Under the pieces are notes generated by a model. That model did not search any database and was not told where the DNA came from. It saw nothing but the letters and a program-made list of their open reading frames with translations. From an uncultured cyanobacterium (GTDB lineage Bacteria; Cyanobacteriota; Cyanobacteriia; Cyanobacteriales; CAWCAG01): a DNA stretch of 64,000 nucleotides. Positions 1 to 10,467 of the stretch are shown here, piece by piece. Within the stretch, counting starts at the first letter, position 1. Each line of letters begins with the position of its first letter. The stretch lies in assembly GCA_963793425.1 (NCBI GenBank), contig CAWCAG010000005.1:640001-704000 (forward strand), given 5' to 3'. A program made the translations under genes and the position numbers.

Positions 1-70
1 CTACGATTGAGATGACTAAGTTAGAGTAGCTTTTATCTCCCCTTGTAACAAAACTTAAAAGCATAGCAGC

Positions 71-712
71 TTACTCATTACTCTTGCCAACAAAATTATC
101 TCTACCTGCCACACTTTCTATCGCTGCTTTCACCGCACGAGAAGCAGCCATGATCTCTTGTTCTGGCCCTCCCAAATAAAGCCGCCCGAAACTACCTACA
201 GCACTAATTTGTAGTATATTAATTCGGGCAGATTTTTCCGCCTCATTCGCGGCTAAAGCAGCATAGGCAGCAGGTTGTACTTCAAAAACAAACAAAGTTT
301 GCCCAGCGAGAATCATTTGCCCTCGACAGGTACGATTAATTAGTTGGGCTTGGTGAGAATCAAGATTGCGAATAATCTGACTAGAGATAATGCGAGGTTT
401 AAGACATTCTTCTTTACCAACTCCTAAAGCCTCCAGAATTGCCCTACCAGCAGCCCTAGTTTCCCCTTGAGAGCTAGAATGAATTTCTAGGACTCCATAG
501 AGCCTTTCCACCATTTGTACCCCAGGGCGAACAGCGGTGGATTTGAGGGCAACATCAGTAATACGATTAATTTCAATGCCCGGTGAAATTTCAATCCACA
601 GCGAAGTATCTCCTGGTAGAGGCAAAAAGCCTATAGCTACTTTGCCCATATAAGCAGCGTGTTGAGCCTGTAAGTTATCCAGAAATACGTAACTGCGTAG
701 TTCTATGCCCAA
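71..712 (-). CDS. ccmP: Tandem-BMC-domain carboxysome shell protein CcmP
   Basis: [15 protein letters not shown]...[10 protein letters not shown]...[15 protein letters not shown]...[11 protein letters not shown] matches the 213-aa beta-carboxysome CcmP as I recall it. Confidence 0.93.
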   Translation of the reverse strand: MGIELRSYVFLDNLQAQHAAYMGKVAIGFLPLPGDTSLWIEISPGIEINRITDVALKSTAVRPGVQMVERLYGVLEIHSSSQGETRAAGRAILEALGVGKEECLKPRIISSQIIRNLDSHQAQLINRTCRGQMILAGQTLFVFEVQPAAYAALAANEAEKSARINILQISAVGSFGRLYLGGPEQEIMAASRAVKAAIESVAGRDNFVGKSNE

Positions 713-786
713 GGTTCGGATCTCCTTGTATTGGGGGTTGGCTGAATTACCCCTTAACTATTTTCTTGCTCAGCCTTGCCCAAATA

Positions 787-1431
787 CTATACAGGATTGG
801 AGGATTCTTCAGCTTGCTCTTCTTCATTTTCTGTTGTGGCAATGGGCAAAATTTGCTTAACCCGAAAACCAGGAATAACAAAATCTTGGGTTATGACATT
901 ACGATCCCAAGGCTCTTGTTGCTCAAACTGTTCCTTATTAGTAATAAGTACCCCTAATACACTGACAGGAATTTGCAAAAATAAATTACTAGCTAGAAAA
1001 GCTAAAGCCGCTAATAACAATCCAGCAATACGCCATTGAGGAGGGAAAGGCGCTACCATTGCTACGGCAGGGGCAACTAAATAGATTTTCCATAATAACC
1101 AAAACAAAAAAACTGCTGTCATAACAGCCAGCAAGCGATGTTTAGTTGTTTTAAAAAGACTTAAAATTTTGAGTTGTTCAGAGGTTAACTCTTCTGATCT
1201 CAGGGCTAAAATCAAAATACTAAAAATATCAAAAGGTCGATGCCACTGCATCCACAACACAGGGAGAATTCCCAGCGCAGCAATAGGGAGAAATTCTAGC
1301 CAGAAAGGTAAAACAGGATCTCCCACCGCTAGCCCCAACCAAACAACTTGTAGAAACAGGGGTAATACAGCTATACCAGACAGATGAATCCATAAGAAAG
1401 GTTCAGAACGGAAGGAACGGAAGGAGCGCAT
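787..1431 (-). CDS. Conserved cyanobacterial membrane protein (low-complexity acidic tail)
   Basis: About 4 hydrophobic segments, N-terminal FRSEPFLWIHLSG, acidic C-terminus; lies downstream of infB. Confidence 0.75.
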   Translation of the reverse strand: MRSFRSFRSEPFLWIHLSGIAVLPLFLQVVWLGLAVGDPVLPFWLEFLPIAALGILPVLWMQWHRPFDIFSILILALRSEELTSEQLKILSLFKTTKHRLLAVMTAVFLFWLLWKIYLVAPAVAMVAPFPPQWRIAGLLLAALAFLASNLFLQIPVSVLGVLITNKEQFEQQEPWDRNVITQDFVIPGFRVKQILPIATTENEEEQAEESSNPV

Positions 1432-1460
1432 TTTTATTTTTGTAGGTAGATAATTGGCTT

Positions 1461-1501
1461 GTGGTTAGGTTAAAAAAGCTCGGAACTTCCCACCTAACCA
1501 C
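1461..1501. terminator. Stem-loop downstream of infB
   Basis: GTGGTTAGGT...ACCTAACCAC inverted repeat with a T run on the + side. Confidence 0.5.
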
Positions 1502-1525
1502 TTTTTTATCAACTAACCTCACGGT

Positions 1526-4500
1526 CTATTTAGCCGCAAGTGTTCGTCTTCTAGTAACCATTTGATAGGTTTCAATGATATCTCCTTCTTGCCAACTATT
1601 GAACTTATCTATGTTGATACCACATTCAAAGCCAGCGTTGACTTCTTTGACATCATCTTTCATTCGCTTGAGGGAGTCGATACTTCCTTCATAAACAACT
1701 TCGCTCCTCCTACGAACTCGCGCCCTACAGTTACGGACAACTTTGCCTGATTGTACATAACAACCAGCTACAGAACCACGACCAACCTGGAAGACGGCTC
1801 TTACTTCTGTTTGACCTAAGTGTTCTTCTACTTCTTCAGGGTCAAGCAAGCCTTCCATTGCTCCTTGAATGTCATCAAGTAGCTTGTAAATGATATCGTA
1901 TTCGCGGATATAAACCCCTTCTCGGTCAGCCGCCTGACGAGCGCCACTAGCCAAGGTGGTATTGAAGCCAATTACTATGGCTCCACTAGCTGCAGCTAAG
2001 TCTACATCTGTTTCGGTTATTTCCCCAGGAGCAGAAAACAGAACCCTAACTTGTACTTCGTTTTGAGGTAGCTGTTGCAAAGTGCCGAGAATCGCTTCTA
2101 CAGAACCTTGAACGTCTGCTTTCAAGATTAAGTTGAGTTCTTTGAGTTCTCCTTCTTGAGCTTTGGCTGATAGCTCTCCAAGGGTAACGCGACGGGAAGA
2201 CATCGCTTTTTGGAGGCGGGATTCTCGCTTATTATCGGAGCGCTTATCTGCTACGGCCCGGGCTTCTTTTTCACTAGCAAAAGCTTCAAACTCGTCCCCG
2301 GCTGCGGGAACATCCCCCATACCTAATATCTCTACAGCGAAAGAAGGAGATGCTTTTTCAACTCTTTCACCTCGGTCGTCAATCATGGCTCGAATCTTAC
2401 CAAAGGTTGAGCCAGCAACAACGGGATCACCAACTTGTAAAGTTCCGTTTTGAACTAATAAAGTAGCAACCGGTCCCCTGGATTTATCAAGGTTGGCTTC
2501 GATTACTGTTCCTTTAGCTAAGCGATCAGGATTAGCAGATAGTTCTTCAATTTCCGATACCAGCAAGATCATTTCTAAAAGAGTATTTAAGTTTTCTCCT
2601 TTAATGGCGCTCACTGGAACCATAATAGTGTCGCCACCCCATTCTTCCGGAACTAAACCATGTTCAGTTAACTCTTGCTTAACTCTGTCTGGCTCTGCAC
2701 CAGCCTTGTCTACTTTATTAACCGCTACGACAATGGGAACCCCTGCTGCTTTAGCATGGCTGATGGCTTCCCTGGTTTGGGGTTGAACCCCATCATCAGC
2801 AGCTACTACCAAGATGGCAATATCTGTTACTCTTGCTCCCCTAGCACGCATCGCTGTGAAGGCTTCGTGACCAGGAGTATCGAGGAAGACAACTTGTTGG
2901 TCAGCGCCATTATGCTCTACATCAACATGGTAAGCCCCGATATGCTGGGTAATACCTCCCGCTTCTCCTTCAGCAACTTTAGTTTTGCGTATAGCATCAA
3001 GGAGGGTGGTTTTACCATGGTCAACGTGACCCATAATTGTGACCACAGGAGGACGGTGTTGGAGTTGTCCTTTATCTCCTTCCTCAACCATTTCGGTAAC
3101 TTTAGTCGCAGCAGAAGTTTCTTCGGGGATTTCGACTAAGACACCTAACTCTTCTGCCACCATTTTGGCTGTATCAATTTCTAAGGTTTCGGTAATGTTG
3201 ACCGCTACACCTTTAGAGAAAAGCTGCTTAATTATGTCTGTTTCTGGGGTATTTAAAAGGTCAGCCAACTCCCTTAAGGTAAGGTTGTTGCTCAAAGTAA
3301 TTAGTTCTGGCAACTCCTCAACTACTTGGCGATCGCTTTTTTTCTGCTTCCTCTCAAAAGCAGCCGATTTGTTGCCTCCTCTGCTAGGAGCAGCGGGTTT
3401 CTTTTCTTTACGTCTGCTAGGAGAAGTTTGCTTCGTTAAAGATTTGGGTTTTGGAGGACGAGCTACGGACATACTAGCAACCATTGGGATCAAGGACTTG
3501 TCCTTATCTCCATTCAAATCATCATCATCTTCTTCAATGATGAGAGAACGACGCTTTTTAGCAGCAGCTTTGCTAGCTTTATTTTTATTTTCTTGAATTT
3601 CCTCTTCTTCTTCTTCCCACTCTTTGCGTTTAGCAGGACGGGGAGTTGGTCGTTTTAGTTTAGGTTGTTTCCTGACCGACTTTTCTAGTCCCCCTACTTC
3701 ATCGCCAATAGCCTCATCAAAGTTATCAGTACTATCCTTGTCATCAGAAGAATCTAGATTATCCTGTTTAACCTTCTTGCTTTGAGGAGGCTTAGGTAGA
3801 TTGGGCTTCTGTAGCTTAGGAAGAACGGGGACAGGAGTTTCTTTCTCAATCTTAACTGTAGCTGATTTTGGAGATAATTTTTCAGTTTGAACAGATGAAG
3901 AGGCAGATATTTTGGGCTTTTTCGGGACAGGTTTTTCTACCCTAACTGAACGGCGATTATCTCGCTTTGGTCTGGGAGGAGGGCCGATAAGTTGGGCAGA
4001 TGCTTCTTCTGATTGACTGGAAATTTCCTGTTTTTCTGAAGGTTCTTTTTTTGCTTTGATTTGGCTCACTTCTTGAGGAGAAGAAGGAGGTTTAAGTTGT
4101 TGAGTAGAAGATTTTGATTTTCCTTGTTCTGATGAGGGTGATGGTTGTAGTTTTGCGGAGGGATGAGGAGGAGGGGCTAATTGAGCTGAGCTAGAGGTAT
4201 CCCCTTCCTTGGCATTAAGATTTTCCTTAGAAGCATTACGCAGTTTGGGCTGCTTACGAATTTCTAAGATTTCTTGCTTGTGCTTTTTTTTGGGGCGGAC
4301 AGCTTTAGAATTTGGGCTATTACTCGCCCCTCCAGACGATTTGGCTCCGTCTTTATTTTTACCGTTAGTAGAGGCAGGAACATAACGCTCTGCCCCTGCT
4401 CTAATCAATTCTGCTTGAGATTCTGTAATGGTGCTACTGTGACTTTTAACTGAAATATTTAGCTGATCGCAAATTGCTAGAATATCCTTGTTGTCCAAAT

Positions 4501-4546
4501 TCAATTCCTTTGATAATTCGTAAATTCTGACTTTGCCGTTGTTCAT
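1526..4546 (-). CDS. infB: Translation initiation factor IF-2
   Basis: IF2_N ([11 protein letters not shown]), GTPase motifs [19 protein letters not shown]-2 C-terminal domains. Confidence 0.99.
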   Translation of the reverse strand: MNNGKVRIYELSKELNLDNKDILAICDQLNISVKSHSSTITESQAELIRAGAERYVPASTNGKNKDGAKSSGGASNSPNSKAVRPKKKHKQEILEIRKQPKLRNASKENLNAKEGDTSSSAQLAPPPHPSAKLQPSPSSEQGKSKSSTQQLKPPSSPQEVSQIKAKKEPSEKQEISSQSEEASAQLIGPPPRPKRDNRRSVRVEKPVPKKPKISASSSVQTEKLSPKSATVKIEKETPVPVLPKLQKPNLPKPPQSKKVKQDNLDSSDDKDSTDNFDEAIGDEVGGLEKSVRKQPKLKRPTPRPAKRKEWEEEEEEIQENKNKASKAAAKKRRSLIIEEDDDDLNGDKDKSLIPMVASMSVARPPKPKSLTKQTSPSRRKEKKPAAPSRGGNKSAAFERKQKKSDRQVVEELPELITLSNNLTLRELADLLNTPETDIIKQLFSKGVAVNITETLEIDTAKMVAEELGVLVEIPEETSAATKVTEMVEEGDKGQLQHRPPVVTIMGHVDHGKTTLLDAIRKTKVAEGEAGGITQHIGAYHVDVEHNGADQQVVFLDTPGHEAFTAMRARGARVTDIAILVVAADDGVQPQTREAISHAKAAGVPIVVAVNKVDKAGAEPDRVKQELTEHGLVPEEWGGDTIMVPVSAIKGENLNTLLEMILLVSEIEELSANPDRLAKGTVIEANLDKSRGPVATLLVQNGTLQVGDPVVAGSTFGKIRAMIDDRGERVEKASPSFAVEILGMGDVPAAGDEFEAFASEKEARAVADKRSDNKRESRLQKAMSSRRVTLGELSAKAQEGELKELNLILKADVQGSVEAILGTLQQLPQNEVQVRVLFSAPGEITETDVDLAAASGAIVIGFNTTLASGARQAADREGVYIREYDIIYKLLDDIQGAMEGLLDPEEVEEHLGQTEVRAVFQVGRGSVAGCYVQSGKVVRNCRARVRRRSEVVYEGSIDSLKRMKDDVKEVNAGFECGINIDKFNSWQEGDIIETYQMVTRRRTLAAK

Positions 4547-5080
4547 CCACTATGCCCCGTATTGTTTTGTGTTGTTTTTATTCCATGAGCAATAAAACTT
4601 TATTCATTTTTGTTGCTTGTTGTATGGTGAAGACTCAAATCCTTAAACATTACCTCGTTATAAAAAGTTAATAATAAGTTTGCTTGGGGTAGGGCCTCCT
4701 ACTTAATATATTTTAAAAAAAAACCACCTATTTTACTCATTTATTACCAAACTAGAGAAAAAACCTAATTTTTCAGACTAGAGATATGAGAGCTTATTTA
4801 ACCAAGGAAGATAACTAGGTTTAGGGATTTTAACCTTTTTAGTTTACTTCAAGTCTCTAAGCTTAATTCCAGGATAGAAAGAAAATCATCTAGTTGAAAG
4901 CTTTTTTGCTCTACTATTTCTACTATTATCCGTTAGTAGTGGCATTAGGTAGCTATGGAGCTTACAACTCTACCACCTTCTCTCTACTTAGTTCCAAGTA
5001 ACTACGGTTTTTTGAAAGTAGTTGAGAGAAGTTGTCCTTACTTGCTATTTTAACAAAAATGCCGAAAGTCCCACACCACA

Positions 5081-6604
5081 TTAGTCATTTGGTTGCTCAG
5101 ACCACTTTTCACCTTTTTCAGCGGCTTTAGGAGGTGGAACTTTCGGCATTTTATAACTTATTGGGGAAGGTAAAATCTCTAATTGTTTAGGCTTGTCTTT
5201 ATTGACTTTTTTGGGTTTAGTTACCACGGCTTGAGTTTCCTTTGCTCTTCTTCTTTGGGAAACTCTTTCTTCGCTAGTATCTTCTGTAACTACCTCATAA
5301 AGCAGAGCCAATTTGTCTCCTGTGGTTCCTTTGCGTAACACCCTACCTTTGCGTTGAATAAATTCTCGTGCTGAACTAGTCCCCGATAAAATAATAGCGA
5401 TCCCAGCATCCGGTACATCTACTCCTTCATTGAGAACATGGGAAGCAATCAAGGTTTTGTATTCCCCTTCTCGAAAGCGAGTCAAGATATCGTGACGTTC
5501 TTTAACAGGAGTTTGATGAGTAATAGCAGGGAGAAGAAATTCTTGGGAGACACGATAAACTGTGGCATTGTCATTAGTGAAAACTAGTATTCGCTCTGGA
5601 TAATGGCGGCTAATTAAATCTGTCAAAATTCGCAACTTAGCATCAGTACCTAAAGCAATCTCTTTAGCTTCTCGATGAGCTAGCATTGCTCTTCTACCCT
5701 GGGGAGAGCGGGCGCTAGCTTGGACAAATAGTTGCCAACCTTTAAGACTACCCAAAGAGATTTTTGCTTCTTTGAGGAAATCGTTGCGAGTCTGAATCGC
5801 TTTTTCGTAATTTTTCCTTTCTTGTTGAGATAACTTAACTTTAATTTGTACGGTTTTATGTTCTGCTAAAGCCTTGCCGGATAATTCTTCTGGAGTTTTA
5901 CTATAGACTACCGGACCAATTAAATTATTTAAGTCTCGGTGTTTGCCATCAGAGCGATCTGGGGTAGCTGTTAATCCTAAACGATAAGGGGCGATCGCAT
6001 ATTCGGCAATGACACGGTAAAAATCTGTGGGTAAGTGATGGCACTCATCAAATACCAATAAACCATACTGATTTCCCAAGGCTTCGGCATGGATGGCAGC
6101 ACTATCATAGGTTGAGATTAATATTGGTGTGCGATCCCTTGATCCCCCACCCAATAAACCAATTTCTACATCCGGAAAAGCTGCTAGTAATTGAGCGTAC
6201 CATTGGTGCATTAAATCCAAAGTTGGTACAAGAATCAAGGTGCTGCGGGGGGTAGACTGCATTGCTAATTGAGCCAGATATGTCTTTCCGGCTGCCGTAG
6301 GTAAGACAACAACCCCTCTTCTTCCCCTTTGTTTCCACTCTGCTAAAGCTTCACTTTGATGGGGATAGGGTTCCATCTCAAAGCTAGAAGCTAAATCTAA
6401 GGAGGTAAATTCCTTGGCTTCATCAACAAAATTATGGCCACCAGCTTGTAAAGATTCCACTAAGGAATGATAGTGAATGGCACGAATACGAAACTTTTCT
6501 ACGCGATCATCCCAAGTAGCGTAGTCTACCCAAGCTTTGCCCCTTGGGGGTGGATGCAGAATTAATGTGCCTCGATTGAAGGTTAGGGTGGGGGTACGAG
6601 CCAT
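5081..6604 (-). CDS. SF2 DEAD/DEAH helicase, XPB/Rad25-like
   Basis: LPTAAGKT Walker A, DECHH, GLTAT, LNEGVDVP, QRKGRVLR. Confidence 0.88.
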   Translation of the reverse strand: MARTPTLTFNRGTLILHPPPRGKAWVDYATWDDRVEKFRIRAIHYHSLVESLQAGGHNFVDEAKEFTSLDLASSFEMEPYPHQSEALAEWKQRGRRGVVVLPTAAGKTYLAQLAMQSTPRSTLILVPTLDLMHQWYAQLLAAFPDVEIGLLGGGSRDRTPILISTYDSAAIHAEALGNQYGLLVFDECHHLPTDFYRVIAEYAIAPYRLGLTATPDRSDGKHRDLNNLIGPVVYSKTPEELSGKALAEHKTVQIKVKLSQQERKNYEKAIQTRNDFLKEAKISLGSLKGWQLFVQASARSPQGRRAMLAHREAKEIALGTDAKLRILTDLISRHYPERILVFTNDNATVYRVSQEFLLPAITHQTPVKERHDILTRFREGEYKTLIASHVLNEGVDVPDAGIAIILSGTSSAREFIQRKGRVLRKGTTGDKLALLYEVVTEDTSEERVSQRRRAKETQAVVTKPKKVNKDKPKQLEILPSPISYKMPKVPPPKAAEKGEKWSEQPND

Positions 6605-6623
6605 TTTTTCAGTTTCGCTGTGA

Positions 6624-6733
6624 CTATAGCAATTCTAAGCCACATGAGGTACATAGCTTTTCCTCATGCTCCCTGTAGCCTACGGCAAGGCTAACGCCAA
6701 CCCTGCTCCCTCAAACCAAGAATTTAGTACCTC
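6624..6733. repeat. MITE/REP-like palindromic repeat remnant
   Basis: GAGGTAC(6646)/GTACCTC(6727) and CATGAGG/CCTCATG inverted repeats, with internal CTCCCTG-type heptamers. Confidence 0.45.
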
Positions 6734-6751
6734 GCCTTGGTTATCTTCTTG

Positions 6752-6901
6752 ATGATTCGTGCTATTGAAGGAGCGCGCAGGAAATTACAACGGAAAGAAG
6801 CTTTGGCCGAGGAGGTTACCCCGGAAGAAGCTGTAGCAGTAGAAGAAAGGCTAATTGAGTCTCTTGAACGTCTCAACAATACGATAGAATCTCGGAGTTA
6901 A
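6752..6901 (+). CDS. 49-aa coiled-coil-like ORF or gene remnant (not in ORF track)
   Basis: ATG 6752 to TAA 6901, MIRAIEGARRKLQRKEALAEEVTPEEAVAVEERLIESLERLNNTIESRS; protein-like composition, followed by a hairpin. Confidence 0.4.
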   Translation: MIRAIEGARRKLQRKEALAEEVTPEEAVAVEERLIESLERLNNTIESRS

Positions 6902-6915
6902 ACGGTGTAAGCACG

Positions 6916-6949
6916 AAGTAGAGACACTATCGATGACGTGCCTCTACTT
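6916..6949. repeat. GTAG-type REP-like palindrome
   Basis: AAGTAGAGACAC...GTGCCTCTACTT inverted repeat. Confidence 0.55.
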
Positions 6950-7070
6950 GAGAGAAATTATGCCTAAGATTACTCCAATTAATCAAAGATCCTCACCAGG
7001 TCTAAGATTTTAGCCACTAGCCACTAGCATATTGCTTTTGGATAAATTTTTTCTTGGAGGTTTCTAGCTT

Positions 7071-7415
7071 TTATCCCACTACTTCCACTAACCGCCAACT
7101 ATTACAATCTGAAATTGCTTTCCTAACATTTTCAAATACTTGCTGGCAATGGTTTTGGGTTTGTAAAGGTAGTTCTTCGTTTTTAATTACCAAATTAACT
7201 CTGACAGCATCTTGAGTAGCGGTAGTTTTATCAATCAAAGCTTCTACCGTCACAAGTTGAGAAAATGCTACGTTGCCAGGACGCTCCCGGGCCATTAGGT
7301 AATCTATAGTTTGGTAAATAATGTTAAAATTACAAGATTCTAGAACTTCCACTAAATATTGGGGAAGGCTAGGGAGGGGAACAGAAAGAGTATAAGAACA
7401 AGTATAGCGAGCCAT
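7071..7415 (-). CDS. Conserved cyanobacterial hypothetical protein
   Basis: Likely start MARYTCSY (ATG 7415); motifs DYLMARERPG and KNEELPLQ..NHC. Confidence 0.75.
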   Translation of the reverse strand: MARYTCSYTLSVPLPSLPQYLVEVLESCNFNIIYQTIDYLMARERPGNVAFSQLVTVEALIDKTTATQDAVRVNLVIKNEELPLQTQNHCQQVFENVRKAISDCNSWRLVEVVG

Positions 7416-7746
7416 AATGAAATTAACCTTATAATGCAACAGAGCTAGACCTTAGATTACAAACTTACTCCTCAATTCAAGGCTGCGAATAAGTGTTTGC
7501 TTTGAGGAAGTGTTGTAATTCTTGATTGCTATATCCTTACTAGCTGCTGTACCTCGTGTCGGGATGAAAATCACTGGTACGAACAAATCAAGAATCTTTA
7601 AAGATAAGCAACTACTTTGTTCGCCACCATGATAATTTCTTCTTATTTATAACAAGAAAAATTAAAGTTGAGGTTAAGTTGAATTTTTAAATTGAGTTAC
7701 TTTGACCTCAATTCTAACATTTAATTTTAGGAAGATAATAAAGAAG

Positions 7747-8967
7747 TTATGTATTTTCGATGATTTCTAGTACTGCTTTAGGTGATAATTTCTCCTTAAA
7801 CCAAATAATCTGGGCTGGTACATCCGTGAACTTAACTCCGGCTTTCTCTAAGTTCAAACGCTCAGAAATAGCTAAAATCAGATTATCAACTTGACCCCGA
7901 CGTACTTGATAAAACTTTTTTCTTAAATATTCTGGTCGCCAAAAGCCAATGATTTCCAGGACATAAATACGCCCGTCGGGATGTACTAAGCGAAAGTCAG
8001 GAATCATCACGCTACCAGGAAGAGGAATTAAGTTCACCTCCCTTTCTAAAACCCATTCAGTTTTTTGTTTTTCCCAACGGTTTGCAAAAGCTTGTTCTAA
8101 CATACTATCAAAAGGCTTGCCGGGGGGATAATGAGTTACTAAGCCACATTTGTCATTGATGCGGAAATAGCCAATTTTTTTCGCCCCGGTGTAGGCATCT
8201 TTTTGTTGCAAGGTAGCTTTGAGGTTCCATTTGCTAACGTGCAACAGGGCTGGTAGCATTTTGGCCATGGCTAGACCATAACGAGTACTAGGCTTGAATA
8301 AACTAGTGGGGCCATCTATGGCAATAGTAAAGCCGTGATCAGCATCTCCTTCTATATAACTCATTAGTTGGAAGAGCTTTAGGTAACGGAAAAGCAGCTT
8401 ATACTGTCCAGGAACGTTACGATGAGCATTAATAGTAATTTCACTGGCGCGGTAAAAAATTCCTTGAACTTGAGAGAGATTGTAACGGTGCAGTAAAGCT
8501 TCTGGGGTTGGGGCTTCAAATTGAATAAGCAGACGATTTTCTTGTAAATCTGCGTAAAGTCCGATTTGAATTTCCGGAGGCAAAATTTCTCGGTTTAGTT
8601 CTTGGGAGAGGCTATGGGCTAAGGTTTCTAGAGTAGTAAGTTTTTGTTGAGGGGTAGGAATTGATTGAGCGGCTAAGGCGAAAACTCTTCTTCGTAAATC
8701 TGGGGGTTGTAGGGGACTAACAATTTCAAAGGTAGAAAAACCACTTTTAAGTAGATGAGCTAATCCTCTTTTAATCCGATAATCAATGCTGTCTCCTTCA
8801 AATTCTAAGAGTTTTTTGTCGAGTTCTCCTTGAGTTTTTCCCTTCGCTTCCTCGAAAAAGTTAATTATTTCCCTAGCAAGGCTAAGGTTTTTCTCTTCAA
8901 CAGGTAAGTTTTTCGGGACAATTGTCTCGCCGTTTAAGCGATTAATCAGCAAATCTGTTGGTAACAT
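7747..8967 (-). CDS. DUF790 family nuclease (Bax1-like)
   Basis: MLPTDLL start, IDGPTSLF..STRYG, FDSMLE, C-terminal MIPDF...LEIIGFWRPEYL PD-(D/E)xK-like motif. Confidence 0.88.
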   Translation of the reverse strand: MLPTDLLINRLNGETIVPKNLPVEEKNLSLAREIINFFEEAKGKTQGELDKKLLEFEGDSIDYRIKRGLAHLLKSGFSTFEIVSPLQPPDLRRRVFALAAQSIPTPQQKLTTLETLAHSLSQELNREILPPEIQIGLYADLQENRLLIQFEAPTPEALLHRYNLSQVQGIFYRASEITINAHRNVPGQYKLLFRYLKLFQLMSYIEGDADHGFTIAIDGPTSLFKPSTRYGLAMAKMLPALLHVSKWNLKATLQQKDAYTGAKKIGYFRINDKCGLVTHYPPGKPFDSMLEQAFANRWEKQKTEWVLEREVNLIPLPGSVMIPDFRLVHPDGRIYVLEIIGFWRPEYLRKKFYQVRRGQVDNLILAISERLNLEKAGVKFTDVPAQIIWFKEKLSPKAVLEIIENT

Positions 8968-9013
8968 TTTGGTAAGGATTCAGGAAGCGGGCAGTTAGCA
9001 ACTTATTACATCT

Positions 9014-9268
9014 TTAAGTTTCTTTCCCTTCTTCTTCTTGGAGAAGTTTGTCTTTGGAATCTCCCCAATAAGCACTATAAGTCCAAACTTCTTGGGTTCC
9101 TTTTTGTTCAGCACTCCAGCGATAAATAGCTGATTTTGGGTTGATGCCAACCTCAATTAACTTTGCTCCCATATAATATTCGGTTTGACGTTTTTTCATT
9201 TCTTTGGCTGCTGAAGAAAAATTACGACTCCAGGTTTGAGACATATGCGCCTGAGTAGGCTTGGCCAT
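9014..9268 (-). CDS. Hypothetical protein
   Basis: 84-aa ORF with good RBS (GAGG), YYMGAKLIEVGINP motif, 46 bp upstream of the DUF790 gene. Confidence 0.75.
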   Translation of the reverse strand: MAKPTQAHMSQTWSRNFSSAAKEMKKRQTEYYMGAKLIEVGINPKSAIYRWSAEQKGTQEVWTYSAYWGDSKDKLLQEEEGKET

Positions 9269-9350
9269 TGTTTTACTTACCTCTTTTACTTAATTTGGCA
9301 AAACTAATTTTATATTATTTCACAATTTTATTTTAGATGGGAAAAATTAG

Positions 9351-10463
9351 CTAAATTGTCATGGGCGACTCAACATAAATAGTTGGTTCTTGCAAAACAA
9401 AATCTATTTTGTGAGTGGTTAACTTCTTGGTAATACTTTCATTAGCTAACTCCAATAGTCGCTTACGTAGTTCGAGGGAATTTTCACTAGAGCCTAAGAT
9501 AAAAAAGGTTACTCTTCCGCGACTTCCTGGTTTATCTTCAGGTTCAAATAAAGTAATTTTGGTACTACCGGGATCGATGCCAAAAAGAGAATCTGTACTT
9601 TCTTTGACAACTTGCTCTACTAAGGCAGATTCACTCTTTTCTAAGATTTTAGCAAAGTCGAGATATAACAAGACCATGACCTTTTTTCCCCTGGTCACAT
9701 TTTCAATTTCAAAATTAGCCATATTAGAATTAGGGACAATCATTAAAGTACTTTTTGCTGCTGTACGGATTTTAGTAGAACGTAAACCAATAGATTCAAC
9801 CCTACCGAATGTACCATTGGGAAGGCGAATATATTCCCCTGTAATAAAAGGACGATCTAAGTATAAAACAATAGTTCCTAAAAGCTGTTGCAGAGTGTTT
9901 TGAGCAGCAAAAGCGATCGCTAATCCTCCAATACCTAAACCAGCTAATAAACCCACTAAATCAATATTCTGGCTACGGGCAAAAGAAATAGCAGCAACAA
10001 AGCCGATGGTTATGTTAGCTAAGGTTTCAAAGATTAGTAATAATTCATCAACTTCTCGACCTAATTTTCTGACTAAGTTAATACCGTAGATACGGACAAT
10101 TTGTTTTAATAAACGAGAAATAACCCAAGCAAGGCTAATAGTTACTGCTAAGTCGAGGAAAAACTTCAAGAAATTATATAAGCCTTCGTAGGTTTTGAGC
10201 CAAGAGAAGGATAAGTAAACTAAAATTAGTGTCCCAGCAATTTTTACCGAAGGCGCAATCGGACTGATTATGCTCGAATAAATGTCTTTTCCCTGTTGAG
10301 GGAACCAGCGATAAACAATAATTCTTACGAGAGTAGGAGTAAATCTCCCTACTAAAAGTGCTAACAAAAGAAAGCCGAGAAAAACGGCATAATCAGGAAT
10401 ATTATAGTCAGAAATTATTGCATTGAATTGACTGATATTGCCCTTGAGTTGGGATAAATCCAT
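9351..10463 (-). CDS. Mechanosensitive channel, MscS family (paralog 1)
   Basis: LAGLGIGGLAIAFAAQ, GRVESIGLRSTKIRT, IVPNS. Confidence 0.93.
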   Translation of the reverse strand: MDLSQLKGNISQFNAIISDYNIPDYAVFLGFLLLALLVGRFTPTLVRIIVYRWFPQQGKDIYSSIISPIAPSVKIAGTLILVYLSFSWLKTYEGLYNFLKFFLDLAVTISLAWVISRLLKQIVRIYGINLVRKLGREVDELLLIFETLANITIGFVAAISFARSQNIDLVGLLAGLGIGGLAIAFAAQNTLQQLLGTIVLYLDRPFITGEYIRLPNGTFGRVESIGLRSTKIRTAAKSTLMIVPNSNMANFEIENVTRGKKVMVLLYLDFAKILEKSESALVEQVVKESTDSLFGIDPGSTKITLFEPEDKPGSRGRVTFFILGSSENSLELRKRLLELANESITKKLTTHKIDFVLQEPTIYVESPMTI

Positions 10464-10467
10464 AGAC

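Noticed and set aside
5036..5056. Minus-strand GTTAAAATAGCAAGTAAGG resembling words in the SpCas9 tracrRNA
   Set aside because: Words are in the wrong order and the match is short; no cas gene or array in the window
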